Notes: a model not told the origin generated them from the sequence alone. A stretch of DNA of 64,000 nt from a candidate division WOR-3 bacterium (GCA_037441285.1 JBBISL010000001.1:1-64000), one strand, 5' to 3'; positions 1 through 9,459 are shown, numbered from the stretch's first letter. Numbers and translations: made by a program.

Positions 1-1
1 T

Positions 2-478
2 CAGGGTGACCTTGATGCTCGTCGGGTAATTGCGCAAGGTGTGCGTTGTACACAGATTAATACGCAGGGTGCCTGTCATCTGGATGGTTTGATGCTGGCA
101 TCGGTTTTTCCCCTTATTGATTTGAAGAATATTGACCTTTTAATCATTGAGAATGTTGGCAACCTTGTTTGTCCGGCAGAGTTTCGGTTGCCCGCCCATT
201 ACAATGTCACCATAGTCTCAACACCTGAAGGTAGCGACAAACCGATTAAATATCCCCTGATGTTTTCGAAATCTGATGTTGTAATTGTCAACAAAATTGA
301 CCTCCTGCCTTATGTTGATTTCCGGCTCGACGACTTTAAGCAGGCGGTGCGAAAGTTAAAGCCCCGGGTGCCGATTCTGACCATTTCATTGCGTACCGGG
401 CAAGGTGTTGACCAGTGGCTGGATTGGTTGAATCGGGCACTGGTGGCGCGGCGTAACAAGCAAAAGAGAGGCAGCTAA
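2..478 (+). CDS. hypB: Hydrogenase nickel incorporation GTPase HypB (5'-truncated by window edge)
   Basis: Frame is open from base 2 (QGDLDARRV...). Motifs GACHLD, IENVGNLVCPAEF, PEGSDKPIKYP and NKIDL. Confidence 0.93.
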   Translation, partial: QGDLDARRVIAQGVRCTQINTQGACHLDGLMLASVFPLIDLKNIDLLIIENVGNLVCPAEFRLPAHYNVTIVSTPEGSDKPIKYPLMFSKSDVVIVNKIDLLPYVDFRLDDFKQAVRKLKPRVPILTISLRTGQGVDQWLDWLNRALVARRNKQKRGS

Positions 479-518
479 TAAGTAATTTCACTCTTAGTTT
501 TACTTTGGTGTTTAATTT

Positions 519-527
519 TGATATAAT
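519..527 (+). promoter_or_regulatory. Extended -10 promoter element (TGnTATAAT) upstream of the HerA-like gene
   Basis: tgatataat in an AT-rich spacer, followed by SD aaggagg before ATG 558. Confidence 0.5.
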
Positions 528-557
528 TATTTATAAGGGGATTGAAAGGAGGAAGTA

Positions 558-2159
558 ATGGGGCAGATTGATATTGGGTATGTTACGGAAGTCAATGGTG
601 AACGGGCACTGGTTGATTTGACGGTTGATACCACGGTTCCGTTGAGTAATGGTTATTACCCGGGGCAACCTGGTTCCTATGTCAAAATCTCTTTTCAGGA
701 TTATCGTGTCATCGGGCTGGTTTCGAGTATTAAAATGGAAAATGGGAAGTCAGGAAGGAAGGTGGCGGATTGTGTTTTACTCGGCACCCTGGAAAAAAAC
801 AAGAAATTCGTCCGCGGTATTTCTGTTTATCCCAATGTTGGACAGCGGGTTCAGATGGTCGATGACAGTGAACTGGATGACATTTTTTCTGAGTTTATTG
901 AGTACGGGTTTTCGTTTGGCAAGCCCAGCGGCGCAGAGAGTCAGCGGGTTTACATCAATGTTGATAAGTTCTTTGGGCAGCATATCGCGGTACTGGGGAC
1001 AACGGGTTGCGGTAAATCCTGTACCGTGGTGAGTATTCTGCAGGAGGCGATTAAGAAGTATCGTAATACCCATATTGTTGTGCTGGACCTGCATGGTGAG
1101 TACGCGGCGGCATTTCCCGAACAGGTAAACCTTATTCAGGCGGACAATGTTGAGTTGCCTTACTGGCTCTTGAATTTTGAAGAGTTTGTTGACCTGACGG
1201 TTGATTTGAGCGAACCAACGGCGAAAAACCAGATTATTGTTTTGCGCGACTCATTGATGCGGGCGCGACAGGCATGGGATACACGAGAGCGGTTAGGGTT
1301 GGGTTCTGCGATAACCGCCGATTCACCGGTGTATTTTGACCTTGATGACATGATTTCCATGCTCCGGGATTGGAATATCCAGATGGTGTACAATGCCCAG
1401 GGTGAACAGGAAGAAGGTCCACTCTATGGCGTTTTTGATAAATTCCTCATTCGTCTGGACAGCAAGCTGTCTGACCCGAGATACAATTTTATGTTCAAGC
1501 CCCGAACTTATACGAGCAGCGCCAGTTTTATTGAACTGCTCCAGAACTACCTTTCAATAAATGCGCCGCATCAGATGACGGTCATAGATTTAAGCGGTGT
1601 TCCTTCAGAGGCGATTGGGGTTGTGGTGGCGGTGGTTGCCCGGATGGTTTTTGAGTTCAACCTCTGGAATCCAGAACGGGAGCGATTCCCGATACTTTTG
1701 GTTCTGGAAGAGGCGCACAACTATGTACCCAGTCGAAGCGATGGCCGGTTTACCGCAGCAAGAGGGGCGGTAGAACGAATTACGAAGGAGGGCCGAAAGT
1801 ACGGCATCGGTATGATTGTCGTCAGTCAGCGCCCTAAAGAGCTTTCGGAAACGGTTCTTTCGCAGTGTAACACATTTATTGCGATGCGGCTTACTAATCC
1901 CGATGACCAGAACTATGTGCGCCGTTTGGTACCGGATTCACTGGCGGGTTTGATGAATATGCTGCCGGCATTGCGAACCGGTGAAGCGTTAATTCTGGGT
2001 GAGGCGGTTGCGATGCCAACGCGGATGATGGTTGACTTGCCGAATCCGAAACCGATGAGTGGTGATGTTGAGTTTGCGCGCTGGTGGCAGGAAGGGATGT
2101 GGAACCCGGACCTCAAGCGCATTGTTAAACGCTGGCGTGCCCGAAGGAAAGATTTGTAG
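558..2159 (+). CDS. HerA/FtsK-superfamily ATPase (DUF87/DUF853 type) with N-terminal HAS-barrel-like region
   Basis: Walker A GTTGCGKS, DLHGEY, Walker B LLVLEEAH, EGRKYG arginine finger, SQRP motif. Confidence 0.88.
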   Translation: MGQIDIGYVTEVNGERALVDLTVDTTVPLSNGYYPGQPGSYVKISFQDYRVIGLVSSIKMENGKSGRKVADCVLLGTLEKNKKFVRGISVYPNVGQRVQMVDDSELDDIFSEFIEYGFSFGKPSGAESQRVYINVDKFFGQHIAVLGTTGCGKSCTVVSILQEAIKKYRNTHIVVLDLHGEYAAAFPEQVNLIQADNVELPYWLLNFEEFVDLTVDLSEPTAKNQIIVLRDSLMRARQAWDTRERLGLGSAITADSPVYFDLDDMISMLRDWNIQMVYNAQGEQEEGPLYGVFDKFLIRLDSKLSDPRYNFMFKPRTYTSSASFIELLQNYLSINAPHQMTVIDLSGVPSEAIGVVVAVVARMVFEFNLWNPERERFPILLVLEEAHNYVPSRSDGRFTAARGAVERITKEGRKYGIGMIVVSQRPKELSETVLSQCNTFIAMRLTNPDDQNYVRRLVPDSLAGLMNMLPALRTGEALILGEAVAMPTRMMVDLPNPKPMSGDVEFARWWQEGMWNPDLKRIVKRWRARRKDL

Positions 2160-2203
2160 AGTTTGCTGACAATCAGCGTAAACTTTCTGGGTTAATCTGT
2201 GGA

Positions 2204-2231
2204 TTGACAGGGTGCCGGTTAACAATAATAT
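2204..2231 (+). promoter_or_regulatory. Sigma70-type promoter of mlaEFD, probably leaderless
   Basis: TTGACA-N16-TAATAT; ATG is 6 nt after the -10 box; no SD. Confidence 0.6.
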
Positions 2232-2237
2232 TTTTCT

Positions 2238-2975
2238 ATGAGGGCGTTTACCGGTGCTTTTGATTTCGTAATTTTTCTCGGGCGGAGTTTGACATTACCG
2301 TGGGATTTAAGACGCACATTACCCCGGGTTGCTGAACAGATATATCATTTTGGTGTCGGGGCGGTGCCCATTGTGGCTCTGGCGAGTGTATTTGTTGGTT
2401 TAACCACCGCGGTGCAGACCAGTTACCAACTTTTGGGGGTCGTGCCGCATTATTTTATCGGTATGGGGGTTGGTAGGATGTTGCTCATCGAACTCGGTCC
2501 GGTTTTTTCCGCGTTCATTTTTGCCAGCCGTTCGGCACCGGCGATGGCTGCCGAGATTGGCGCAATGCGTAATTCAGACCAGATTGATGCATTGCGGGTT
2601 ATGGGTATCGACCCTTACCGGTTTCTCTGTTTGCCGCGGATTGTTGCGGCGACAATCTGCTTACCTATCCTTGTGGTAATAATGGAGGTCCTTGCCTCAT
2701 TTACCGCGGTTGTTGTCGCAAACTGGGTTGGAGTGGCACGGGAGACATTTGTTTACGGTTTAACCCATTTTGTCCAGGTGCGAGACTTTGTTGGCGGGGT
2801 AATCAAAGCATTTATTTTTGGGTTGTTTATTGGTGCCTGCGGTTGTTATTTTGGATTTAATGCCGAAGGCGGTGCTCAGGAGGTGGGTAAAGCAACGACC
2901 AAAGCGGTGGTGGTTTCCGGGGTTTTAACCCTCTTTTTTGATTTTATTGTTGCCATCTTGATGTTTTCCCGATGA
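2238..2975 (+). CDS. mlaE: MlaE-family ABC transporter permease
   Basis: ELGPV, AEIGAMR..DQIDALRVMGIDP, GGAQEVGKATTKAVV motifs; multiple TM helices. Confidence 0.92.
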   Translation: MRAFTGAFDFVIFLGRSLTLPWDLRRTLPRVAEQIYHFGVGAVPIVALASVFVGLTTAVQTSYQLLGVVPHYFIGMGVGRMLLIELGPVFSAFIFASRSAPAMAAEIGAMRNSDQIDALRVMGIDPYRFLCLPRIVAATICLPILVVIMEVLASFTAVVVANWVGVARETFVYGLTHFVQVRDFVGGVIKAFIFGLFIGACGCYFGFNAEGGAQEVGKATTKAVVVSGVLTLFFDFIVAILMFSR

Positions 2976-3670
2976 TTAAATTAGAGAAGGTTACAAAGCG
3001 GCTACAGGGTCAGTTGATTCTTGATGCGATTGATATGGAGGTTCCAAAAGGAACGCGAGTTGTGGTACTGGGTCCATCAGGTGCGGGCAAAACAATTCTT
3101 CTCAAAATTATGGCTGGGTTAATTGCGCCTGATTCGGGACAGGTGAGTTATGGTGGGCAAATGTTAAGTTATGGGCCGTTTGCAGACAACGGTACAATAT
3201 CGGGTAAGCTTGGTTTTGTATTTCAAGGCGGGGCACTATTTGACTCTTTAACCGTTGCAGAAAATATCGCTTTGCCGCTGCGCGAAGGCGGCAATTTAAA
3301 CGAGAAGGAGATTAAGGAGCGGGTTAATCAAGTACTGGTTCAGGTTGGTCTGGAAAAAGCCGGTAACCTGCGCATTCAACAACTTTCGGGCGGAATGGTG
3401 CGATTGGTTGCGATTGCGCGAGCGCTGGTCGTTGAGCCTCTGTATCTCTTTTTTGATGAGCCAACTACTGGTCTGGACCCGGTAAATCGAGAACGCATCT
3501 GTCATTTGCTTTCCGAAATCTGTTGCAGTAAGGACCGAACAGCCGTAGTTGTGACTCATGACCTTGACATTGCCCGGAAATTTGGTGAGCAAATTTACCT
3601 CTTAAAAGAATGCCGGTTGACTTCAGCCCGAGAGATAAGAAAGGAGGATTATGAGGCGGCGGGTGCGTGA
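2972..3670 (+). CDS. mlaF: MlaF-family ABC transporter ATP-binding protein
   Basis: GPSGAGKT, FQGGALFDSLTV, LSGGM, DEPTTGLDP; lies between mlaE and mlaD. Confidence 0.88.
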   Translation: MIKLEKVTKRLQGQLILDAIDMEVPKGTRVVVLGPSGAGKTILLKIMAGLIAPDSGQVSYGGQMLSYGPFADNGTISGKLGFVFQGGALFDSLTVAENIALPLREGGNLNEKEIKERVNQVLVQVGLEKAGNLRIQQLSGGMVRLVAIARALVVEPLYLFFDEPTTGLDPVNRERICHLLSEICCSKDRTAVVVTHDLDIARKFGEQIYLLKECRLTSAREIRKEDYEAAGA

Positions 3671-4394
3671 TTTACTGGTTACGGTGTTCGTTCTAATAGG
3701 AATATTACTGGGAATATTCGGCTATTTCTGGTTTTCCGGAAGGTCATTTCATCGGCGCCTGAAGGTTGTTCGGGTTTACTTTAACGATGTTGCCGGATTA
3801 AGAGTTGGTGACCGGGTTGATGTCCTCGGGATAACAAAAGGAAAGGTTGTCGGGTTAAAACTTGATGGGAAAAAGGGTGTTGAGGTTCTGGTGGGTTTGG
3901 AGCGGGATGTGCCATTGACTCAGGACACGCGGTTTGCGATTCGTTCCCTTTCTTATCTTGGGAGTGACCGGTACCTGGCGGTAACACCGGGAATCGGACC
4001 GGATGCTGATGAGGCGGTTGTTTTTCAGGGGGTCAATGAGGTTCTTGACCTCGAGACCACCGTTGCTCGACTGGACCGAATTTTAAGTGAGATTGACCCT
4101 GCTGTTCTCACCGAGGAGTTGCGCCGGACAAGAGAAGATTTGCTGCGGATAATAAACTCCCGGCTAACGGGTTTTGATTCCGGGTTTGTCGCCACCAACA
4201 AGAGCCTTGCCCAGTTGGGCACTGTGCTTGATAGTATGGTTTTATTACTGAATAAGGAGTCAACCGCAAAGAAACTTTTGACTTCGCCAGAACTTTATGA
4301 TGAGTTGTTGAAAACCAGCCGGCAGTTACAGGAGTTGATTGCCGACCTGAAATCTCATCCCGAGCGATATTTTCGATTGAGGATATTTAAATAG
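3651..4394 (+). CDS. mlaD: MlaD/MCE-domain protein
   Basis: N-terminal TM, MCE signature F.DVAGLRVGDRV...G...GKV, helical C-terminus ending in HPERY. Confidence 0.85.
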   Translation: MRRRVRDLLVTVFVLIGILLGIFGYFWFSGRSFHRRLKVVRVYFNDVAGLRVGDRVDVLGITKGKVVGLKLDGKKGVEVLVGLERDVPLTQDTRFAIRSLSYLGSDRYLAVTPGIGPDADEAVVFQGVNEVLDLETTVARLDRILSEIDPAVLTEELRRTREDLLRIINSRLTGFDSGFVATNKSLAQLGTVLDSMVLLLNKESTAKKLLTSPELYDELLKTSRQLQELIADLKSHPERYFRLRIFK

Positions 4395-4423
4395 AATCCA
4401 TTAGTTCTGAATATGGGTCTAAA
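4392..4423 (+). promoter_or_regulatory. Putative ECF-sigma promoter of the oxidative-stress operon
   Basis: TAGAATC-N17-GGTCTAAA; the same motif and spacing occur upstream of clpP and grpE. Confidence 0.7.
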
Positions 4424-4455
4424 ATAGAAGTAAAAAATGAAAAAAAGGAGGTAAA

Positions 4456-5028
4456 ATGCAACTAAAAGGCAGCAAAACCGAAAAGAATATCCTGACCGCT
4501 TTTGCCGGAGAGTCTCAGGCGAGGAATCGTTACACCTATTTCGCCAGCAAAGCCCGAGATGAAGGTTACATTCAGATTGCGCAGATTTTTGAGGAGACGG
4601 CAAACCAGGAGAAGGAGCACGCCAAACGGCTTTTTAAGTTACTTGAAGGCGGCAATGTGGAAATTCAGGCTTCGTTTCCGGCTGGAGTGATTGGTACAAC
4701 GAGTGAAAACCTAAAAGAGGCGGCGGGCGGTGAGCATTACGAGTGGACTGAGATGTATCCAACATTTGCCCAGGTAGCAGAAGAGGAAGGGTTTTCCAAC
4801 ATCGCGGCGATTTTCCGGGCGATTGCGGTTGCTGAGAAACAGCACGAAAAGCGGTATCAGACGTTAAAGGCGAACATCGATAATGGTCGGGTGTTCCGTC
4901 GCGAAAAGCCGGTGGTGTGGCGCTGTATCAACTGTGGCTATATCCATGAGGGAACTGAGGCGCCCGAGATTTGCCCTTCGTGTGCTCATCCTCAGGGGTA
5001 TTTTGAACTTTTAGGGGAGAACTGGTAA
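4456..5028 (+). CDS. rbr: Rubrerythrin
   Basis: [28 protein letters not shown] di-iron motifs; C-terminal CxxC...CxxC rubredoxin domain. Confidence 0.96.
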   Translation: MQLKGSKTEKNILTAFAGESQARNRYTYFASKARDEGYIQIAQIFEETANQEKEHAKRLFKLLEGGNVEIQASFPAGVIGTTSENLKEAAGGEHYEWTEMYPTFAQVAEEEGFSNIAAIFRAIAVAEKQHEKRYQTLKANIDNGRVFRREKPVVWRCINCGYIHEGTEAPEICPSCAHPQGYFELLGENW

Positions 5029-5543
5029 TGGAAGAGCGAAAAGGCGAAGTGACAGTTCAGGGGAATCCAGTAACGCTCATTGGTCCCAAACTGATGGTTG
5101 GTCAGAGAGCGCCCGATTTTGCTTTGATTGGTACTGATATGAAGCCGGTAACCCGCGAGCAGTTCAAGGGGAAAGTCCTGGTACTTCTTTCGGTTCCGTC
5201 GCTTGATACCCCGGTGTGTGACCTTGAAGCCCGAAAGTTTAATCAGGAGGCGGCTAATTTGGGTGACGATGTTGTCGTGTTGCTGGTTAGTATGGACCTG
5301 CCCTTTGCTCAGAAGCGGTGGTGTGGTGCGGCGGGCGTGGAGCGGGTTATAACCGCTTCGGACCATCGGGATGCCTCGTTTGGCACATCTTACGGCGTGT
5401 TAATAAAAGAGTTGCGGCTTCTTGCCCGGGCGGTATTTGTTGTTGACCGTGAGGGGATAATTCGTTACATACAGATGGTTTCTGAAGCCGGCAAGGAACC
5501 GGATTATGCGGCAGTCCTTGAGGGGGTTCGTAAGATAAAATGA
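5028..5543 (+). CDS. tpx: Thiol peroxidase (Tpx-type peroxiredoxin)
   Basis: PSLDTPVC, SMDLPFAQKRWCG, LARAVFV. Confidence 0.95.
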   Translation: MEERKGEVTVQGNPVTLIGPKLMVGQRAPDFALIGTDMKPVTREQFKGKVLVLLSVPSLDTPVCDLEARKFNQEAANLGDDVVVLLVSMDLPFAQKRWCGAAGVERVITASDHRDASFGTSYGVLIKELRLLARAVFVVDREGIIRYIQMVSEAGKEPDYAAVLEGVRKIK

Positions 5544-5559
5544 AAAGGAGAAAAAAGGT

Positions 5560-5865
5560 ATGAAAGAGGAGCCCAGAGTTTACAGTTGCAGCGTTTGTGG
5601 CCAGATAGTTGAACTGGTTCACAAGGGGGGCGGTTCGCTTGTGTGTTGCAACAAGACGATGCAAAGAGCCCAAGAGAAGCAGGGAGAACAAAAGGTTCCA
5701 GCAAATGCACCTTACTGGAGTTGTTCCAGTTGCCATTATGTTTTGCAGGCGGTAACACCACCTGATGTGTGTCCAGCATGTGGACAGCGGTGTCAGTTTG
5801 TTGATGTTTCCTGCTACATACCGGAGTGCGGTCTGACCGGAGTGGACAGCAGGTTGATAAAGTAA
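5560..5865 (+). CDS. Small Cys-rich protein: desulforedoxin-like domain fused to a rubredoxin-like domain
   Basis: YSCSVCGQIV...LVCC, then WSCSSCHY...PPDVCPACG..C.FVDVSCYIPECG; inside the oxidative-stress operon. Confidence 0.75.
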   Translation: MKEEPRVYSCSVCGQIVELVHKGGGSLVCCNKTMQRAQEKQGEQKVPANAPYWSCSSCHYVLQAVTPPDVCPACGQRCQFVDVSCYIPECGLTGVDSRLIK

Positions 5866-5885
5866 AAAATAAAAAGGAGGTATAA

Positions 5886-6263
5886 ATGGCTAAAAAGTTA
5901 GAAATTTATAAGTGCGAGGTATGCGGCAATATCGTTGAAGTTCTGCACGGTGGTGCCGGTCAACTGGTGTGTTGTGGTCAGCCGATGAAACTTCTTGTAG
6001 AAAATACGACCGATGCGGCGAAAGAGAAGCATGTACCAATGATTGAAAAAACCGACCAGGGTTATCGGGTAAAGGTTGGTAGTGTGCCCCATCCCATGGA
6101 GGAAAAGCATTACATTGAATGGGTGGAACTGGTGGCAGACGAACGTGCCTATCGGCAGTTTCTTTATCCAGGCGAGAAGCCGGAGGCGTTTTTCTCGGTG
6201 GCGGCAAAAGAGGTCTATGCCCGGGAGTACTGTAACATCCACGGTTTGTGGAAGGGGGTTTAA
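5886..6263 (+). CDS. dfx: Desulfoferrodoxin (2Fe superoxide reductase)
   Basis: [32 protein letters not shown]. Confidence 0.96.
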   Translation: MAKKLEIYKCEVCGNIVEVLHGGAGQLVCCGQPMKLLVENTTDAAKEKHVPMIEKTDQGYRVKVGSVPHPMEEKHYIEWVELVADERAYRQFLYPGEKPEAFFSVAAKEVYAREYCNIHGLWKGV

Positions 6264-6268
6264 CCTTT

Positions 6269-6814
6269 ATGATTCCGAAAAAGATTGAAGAGGCGTTTAA
6301 CCGACAGATTAAACACGAACTGGAGTCGGCATACCTTTACCTGGCAATGGCGGCATATTTTGACGAAGCCGGCTTTCCCGGAATGGCGCGCTGGATGCGG
6401 GCGCAGGTGCAGGAAGAGTTGACCCATGCGATGCGTTTTTTCAAGCACATCTTAGAACGCGGGGGTGAGGTGAAACTACAGCCGCTGAGCATCTTGGGCG
6501 AGAAATGGGACTCGCCGCGGACAGCGTTTGAAGCGGCTTACGAGCATGAAAAGTTTATCACCGGCACGATTCACGAACTGGTAAAACTTGCGCAGAGTGA
6601 AGGTGATTACGCCTCCAGCAGCCTGCTGCAATGGTTTGTTGATGAACAGATTGAAGAGGAGGAGAGCACCCTGAAAATTGCCCAGGACCTGAAACTGGTG
6701 GCCGATGATGGTCGCGGCATCTTGATGCTTGACCGGGAGCTCGGTCAGCGTGTCTTTGTGCTGCCACCAGAGCTCGCCGCCTTTTATGCCCAGGGCACAG
6801 GAGCTAATCCTTAG
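6269..6814 (+). CDS. ftn: Non-heme ferritin
   Basis: ELESAYLY, EELTHAM, HEKFIT, LQWFVDEQIEEE. Start moved to ATG 6269, just after the dfx stop. Confidence 0.93.
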   Translation: MIPKKIEEAFNRQIKHELESAYLYLAMAAYFDEAGFPGMARWMRAQVQEELTHAMRFFKHILERGGEVKLQPLSILGEKWDSPRTAFEAAYEHEKFITGTIHELVKLAQSEGDYASSSLLQWFVDEQIEEEESTLKIAQDLKLVADDGRGILMLDRELGQRVFVLPPELAAFYAQGTGANP

Positions 6815-6833
6815 CCCTTAAACGGAGCGCCTT

Positions 6834-8033
6834 ATGGGGTTCAATGCGGTTAAAATTAGCGACCGGGTTTTCTGGGTAGGCGCAATTGACTGGGCGGTAA
6901 GAGACTTTCACGGCTATTCGACAAATCGGGGTACCACATACAACGCCTATCTTATCATTGATGAGAAGGTGACTTTGATTGATACGGTGAAGGCGCCTTT
7001 TAAAGACGAGTTGCTCAGACGGATTTCCTCGGTTATCAGCCCCGAGAAGATTGACTACATCATCTCCAATCATGCCGAGATGGACCATTCAGGTGCTCTG
7101 CCCGCGATAATTGAGGCGGTGAAACCAGAGAAGGTTTTTGCTTCGGTGATGGGTGTTAAGGCGCTAAGCGAGCACTTTCACTTCACCCAGGAGTTAATTC
7201 CCCTTAAAGATGGTGACACACTCAACCTTGGTTCACTCAATTTGAAATTTCTGGAAACGAGGATGCTTCACTGGCCCGACAGTATGGTCAGTTATCTGGT
7301 CGAGGAGCGGTTGCTGTTTTCTCAGGACGGTTTCGGGATGCACTGGGCAACAGGCGAACGTTTTGCCGATGAACTGAGTTACGAAATTCTGAGATACGAA
7401 GGGGCGAAATACTATGCTAACATCCTTCTGCCTTACTCAACGCTCGTTTTGAAACTCATTGAACGCATCGGACAGTTACAGCTGGCGATTGATATCATCG
7501 CGCCGGACCATGGTCCAATCTGGCGCAAGGAACCGATGAAGGTTGTCTCATGGTATCGGGAATGGGCAGAACAGAAACCGAAAAAGAAGGCGGTTGTGGT
7601 GTACGATACAATGTGGGGCAGTACTGACATCCTTGCAAGAGTGATTGCCGATGCGATCGCTGATAATGGGGTAGAAACAAAGGTTATGCGGCTGCGCGCC
7701 AACGACCGCAGTGATGTGGTGACCGAGATACTTGATGCGGCTGCGATTGTGTTTGGTTCGCCTACCCTGAACAACGGTATCTTTCCCACAGTTGCTGATG
7801 TGCTCGCCTATATCAAGGGGTTAAAACCGAAAAACAAATTGGGCGCGGTTTTTGGTTCTTATGGCTGGAGCGGCGAAGCGGTTTCGATTCTTGCTGAGGA
7901 GTTGCGGGAAATGGGCGTGGAACTGGTAGCAGAGCCTTTGCGGGTGAAGTATGTGCCAGACAAAGAGGCGCAGGAGCAGGCGCGGAAACTTGGTCATATT
8001 CTGGCGCAAAAGATAACTGAAAGGAGCGTTTAA
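6834..8033 (+). CDS. fprA: Flavodiiron protein (A-type flavoprotein, O2/NO reductase)
   Basis: GTTYNAY, NHAEMDH, HWPDSM, APDHG, and C-terminal flavodoxin FGSYGWSG. Confidence 0.95.
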   Translation: MGFNAVKISDRVFWVGAIDWAVRDFHGYSTNRGTTYNAYLIIDEKVTLIDTVKAPFKDELLRRISSVISPEKIDYIISNHAEMDHSGALPAIIEAVKPEKVFASVMGVKALSEHFHFTQELIPLKDGDTLNLGSLNLKFLETRMLHWPDSMVSYLVEERLLFSQDGFGMHWATGERFADELSYEILRYEGAKYYANILLPYSTLVLKLIERIGQLQLAIDIIAPDHGPIWRKEPMKVVSWYREWAEQKPKKKAVVVYDTMWGSTDILARVIADAIADNGVETKVMRLRANDRSDVVTEILDAAAIVFGSPTLNNGIFPTVADVLAYIKGLKPKNKLGAVFGSYGWSGEAVSILAEELREMGVELVAEPLRVKYVPDKEAQEQARKLGHILAQKITERSV

Positions 8034-8768
8034 GTGGCGGGTAAAGTGGATTTAAGCGCACTGAACAGTTTAACCTATGGCCTTTACATCGTAACCAGCC
8101 GAGCGGGGGAACGCATCAACGGATTGACGGTAAATACCGTTGTTCAGGTGGCGCTTGAGCCCTGTCTGGTGACGGTGGCGATAAACAAGGCGAGTTTTAC
8201 CAATGAGTTGATTCAGCGGAGCGGGCTGTTTGCGGTTACGGTTCTGGAAAAAGAAACACCGCTTGAGTTCATCGGTCGGTTTGGTTTTCGTTCCGGTCGA
8301 GAGGTCAATAAGTTCGATGGGCTTAATTATGAAGTGGGTGAAACCGGTGTCCCGCTTGTTACCAAACATGCGATTGTGGTAATGGAGGCAAAGGTGCGGG
8401 AAAAAATGGACTGTGCCACCCATACGCTGTTTGTTGGTGAAGTGGTAATGGCAAAATGGGTAAAACAGGGTGAGCCGTTAACCTATGCCTATTACCATGA
8501 GGTTAAGAAAGGAAAGACCGGAAAAGGTGCACCAACTTACCAGGCAGAAAAAGAGAAGGAGAAGTTAGTTGATTCCCGGTCAGTCAGGAAAACAAAGGAG
8601 CCGAAAATGCAACGCTATGTTTGCACCGTTTGTGGCTATGTTTACGACCCAGCAGAGGGTGACCCGGATAACGGGATTCCAGCGGGCACGCCGTTCGAAA
8701 ACCTGCCGCCAGAGTGGGTTTGTCCGGTTTGCGGTGCTGGCAAGGACCAGTTTGAGCCGGAGGAGTAG
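8034..8768 (+). CDS. Flavin reductase-rubredoxin fusion (high-molecular-weight rubredoxin)
   Basis: [24 protein letters not shown], then rubredoxin [10 protein letters not shown]...WVCPVCG. Confidence 0.9.
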   Translation: MAGKVDLSALNSLTYGLYIVTSRAGERINGLTVNTVVQVALEPCLVTVAINKASFTNELIQRSGLFAVTVLEKETPLEFIGRFGFRSGREVNKFDGLNYEVGETGVPLVTKHAIVVMEAKVREKMDCATHTLFVGEVVMAKWVKQGEPLTYAYYHEVKKGKTGKGAPTYQAEKEKEKLVDSRSVRKTKEPKMQRYVCTVCGYVYDPAEGDPDNGIPAGTPFENLPPEWVCPVCGAGKDQFEPEE

Positions 8769-8817
8769 ACGGTAGCCTCAGTAGTTGGTTAATAGCAGGT
8801 AACCAGTCGGTTACTTA

Positions 8818-8854
8818 TCGGGGCAGAGTTAAACATCTGCCCCGACTGTTTTCT
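8818..8854 (+). terminator. Intrinsic terminator between the convergent oxidative-stress operon and the 8875-9240 gene
   Basis: 10-bp stem tcggggcaga/tctgccccga followed by a T-rich tract. Confidence 0.7.
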
Positions 8855-8874
8855 TGTCTACCTGGATGTACAAA

Positions 8875-9240
8875 TCAAGGCTGAGGTGCGGGAACAGAAA
8901 GCGCCTCATCCCGTATCCGTTCCAGAACTGCGCGGTTCAGGGTTCTTGCAACCCATTTTTCCAGTAGAACTCCAATTTCACGGGAAAGAGATGGACCGGA
9001 GAAGCGCCGGCGTCGGGAGTAGATTTCCCGGGCGAAATTAAGATAAAATGGATAAAGCACGGTCGGTACATCGGCGGAGTCCAGGACCTGTTTTGCCTTG
9101 GTTTCAATCTCCACTAACAGTTTTTGCTCGTGTTCCTGGCGATTTTCCATCGAAGTCCGGAGCCGTTTTAGGCGGACACAAACCTCTTCCGGCTCAGTTT
9201 TAAGCCGCCATCTTTCCATCCTTTTTGTGACATCAGCCAC
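8875..9240 (-). CDS. Small basic alpha-helical protein resembling SIRV2-type (Adnaviria) major capsid / DNA-wrapping proteins
   Basis: GTG start with SD ggagg 5 nt upstream; 121 aa. Motif order KR.ERW..K / VLD..DV....PFY.NF..EI / SGPSL..EI..L..KW / LN.AVL..I parallels rudivirus MCP as I recall it. The gene is likely real; the family call is less certain. Confidence 0.6.
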   Translation of the reverse strand: MADVTKRMERWRLKTEPEEVCVRLKRLRTSMENRQEHEQKLLVEIETKAKQVLDSADVPTVLYPFYLNFAREIYSRRRRFSGPSLSREIGVLLEKWVARTLNRAVLERIRDEALSVPAPQP

Positions 9241-9459
9241 TTTTACCTCCTTTTTGATACTATTTTTCCATCTGACCATTATGAGCCAGAATTCAGGAGA
9301 AATTAACGGTTTAGCTTAATGAGAAGTTAAAGGAAATACCGCAAGATACCTGATATGAGGGGGTTAGAGAATAATTAAACTCCAGCCCAGGGCTTGCCTG
9401 ACCGCAGTACTAACAGCCGTCAGGGTAATAATACCAGAGTTCTACGTTGGGTAGGTTTT

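Noticed and set aside
558..2159. Sir2-HerA or other HerA defence system
   Set aside because: No effector gene is adjacent; the neighbours are hypB and mlaE.
8769..9459. Prophage or integrated virus around the capsid-like gene
   Set aside because: Single gene between housekeeping operons; no integrase, att-like repeats or other viral genes seen.
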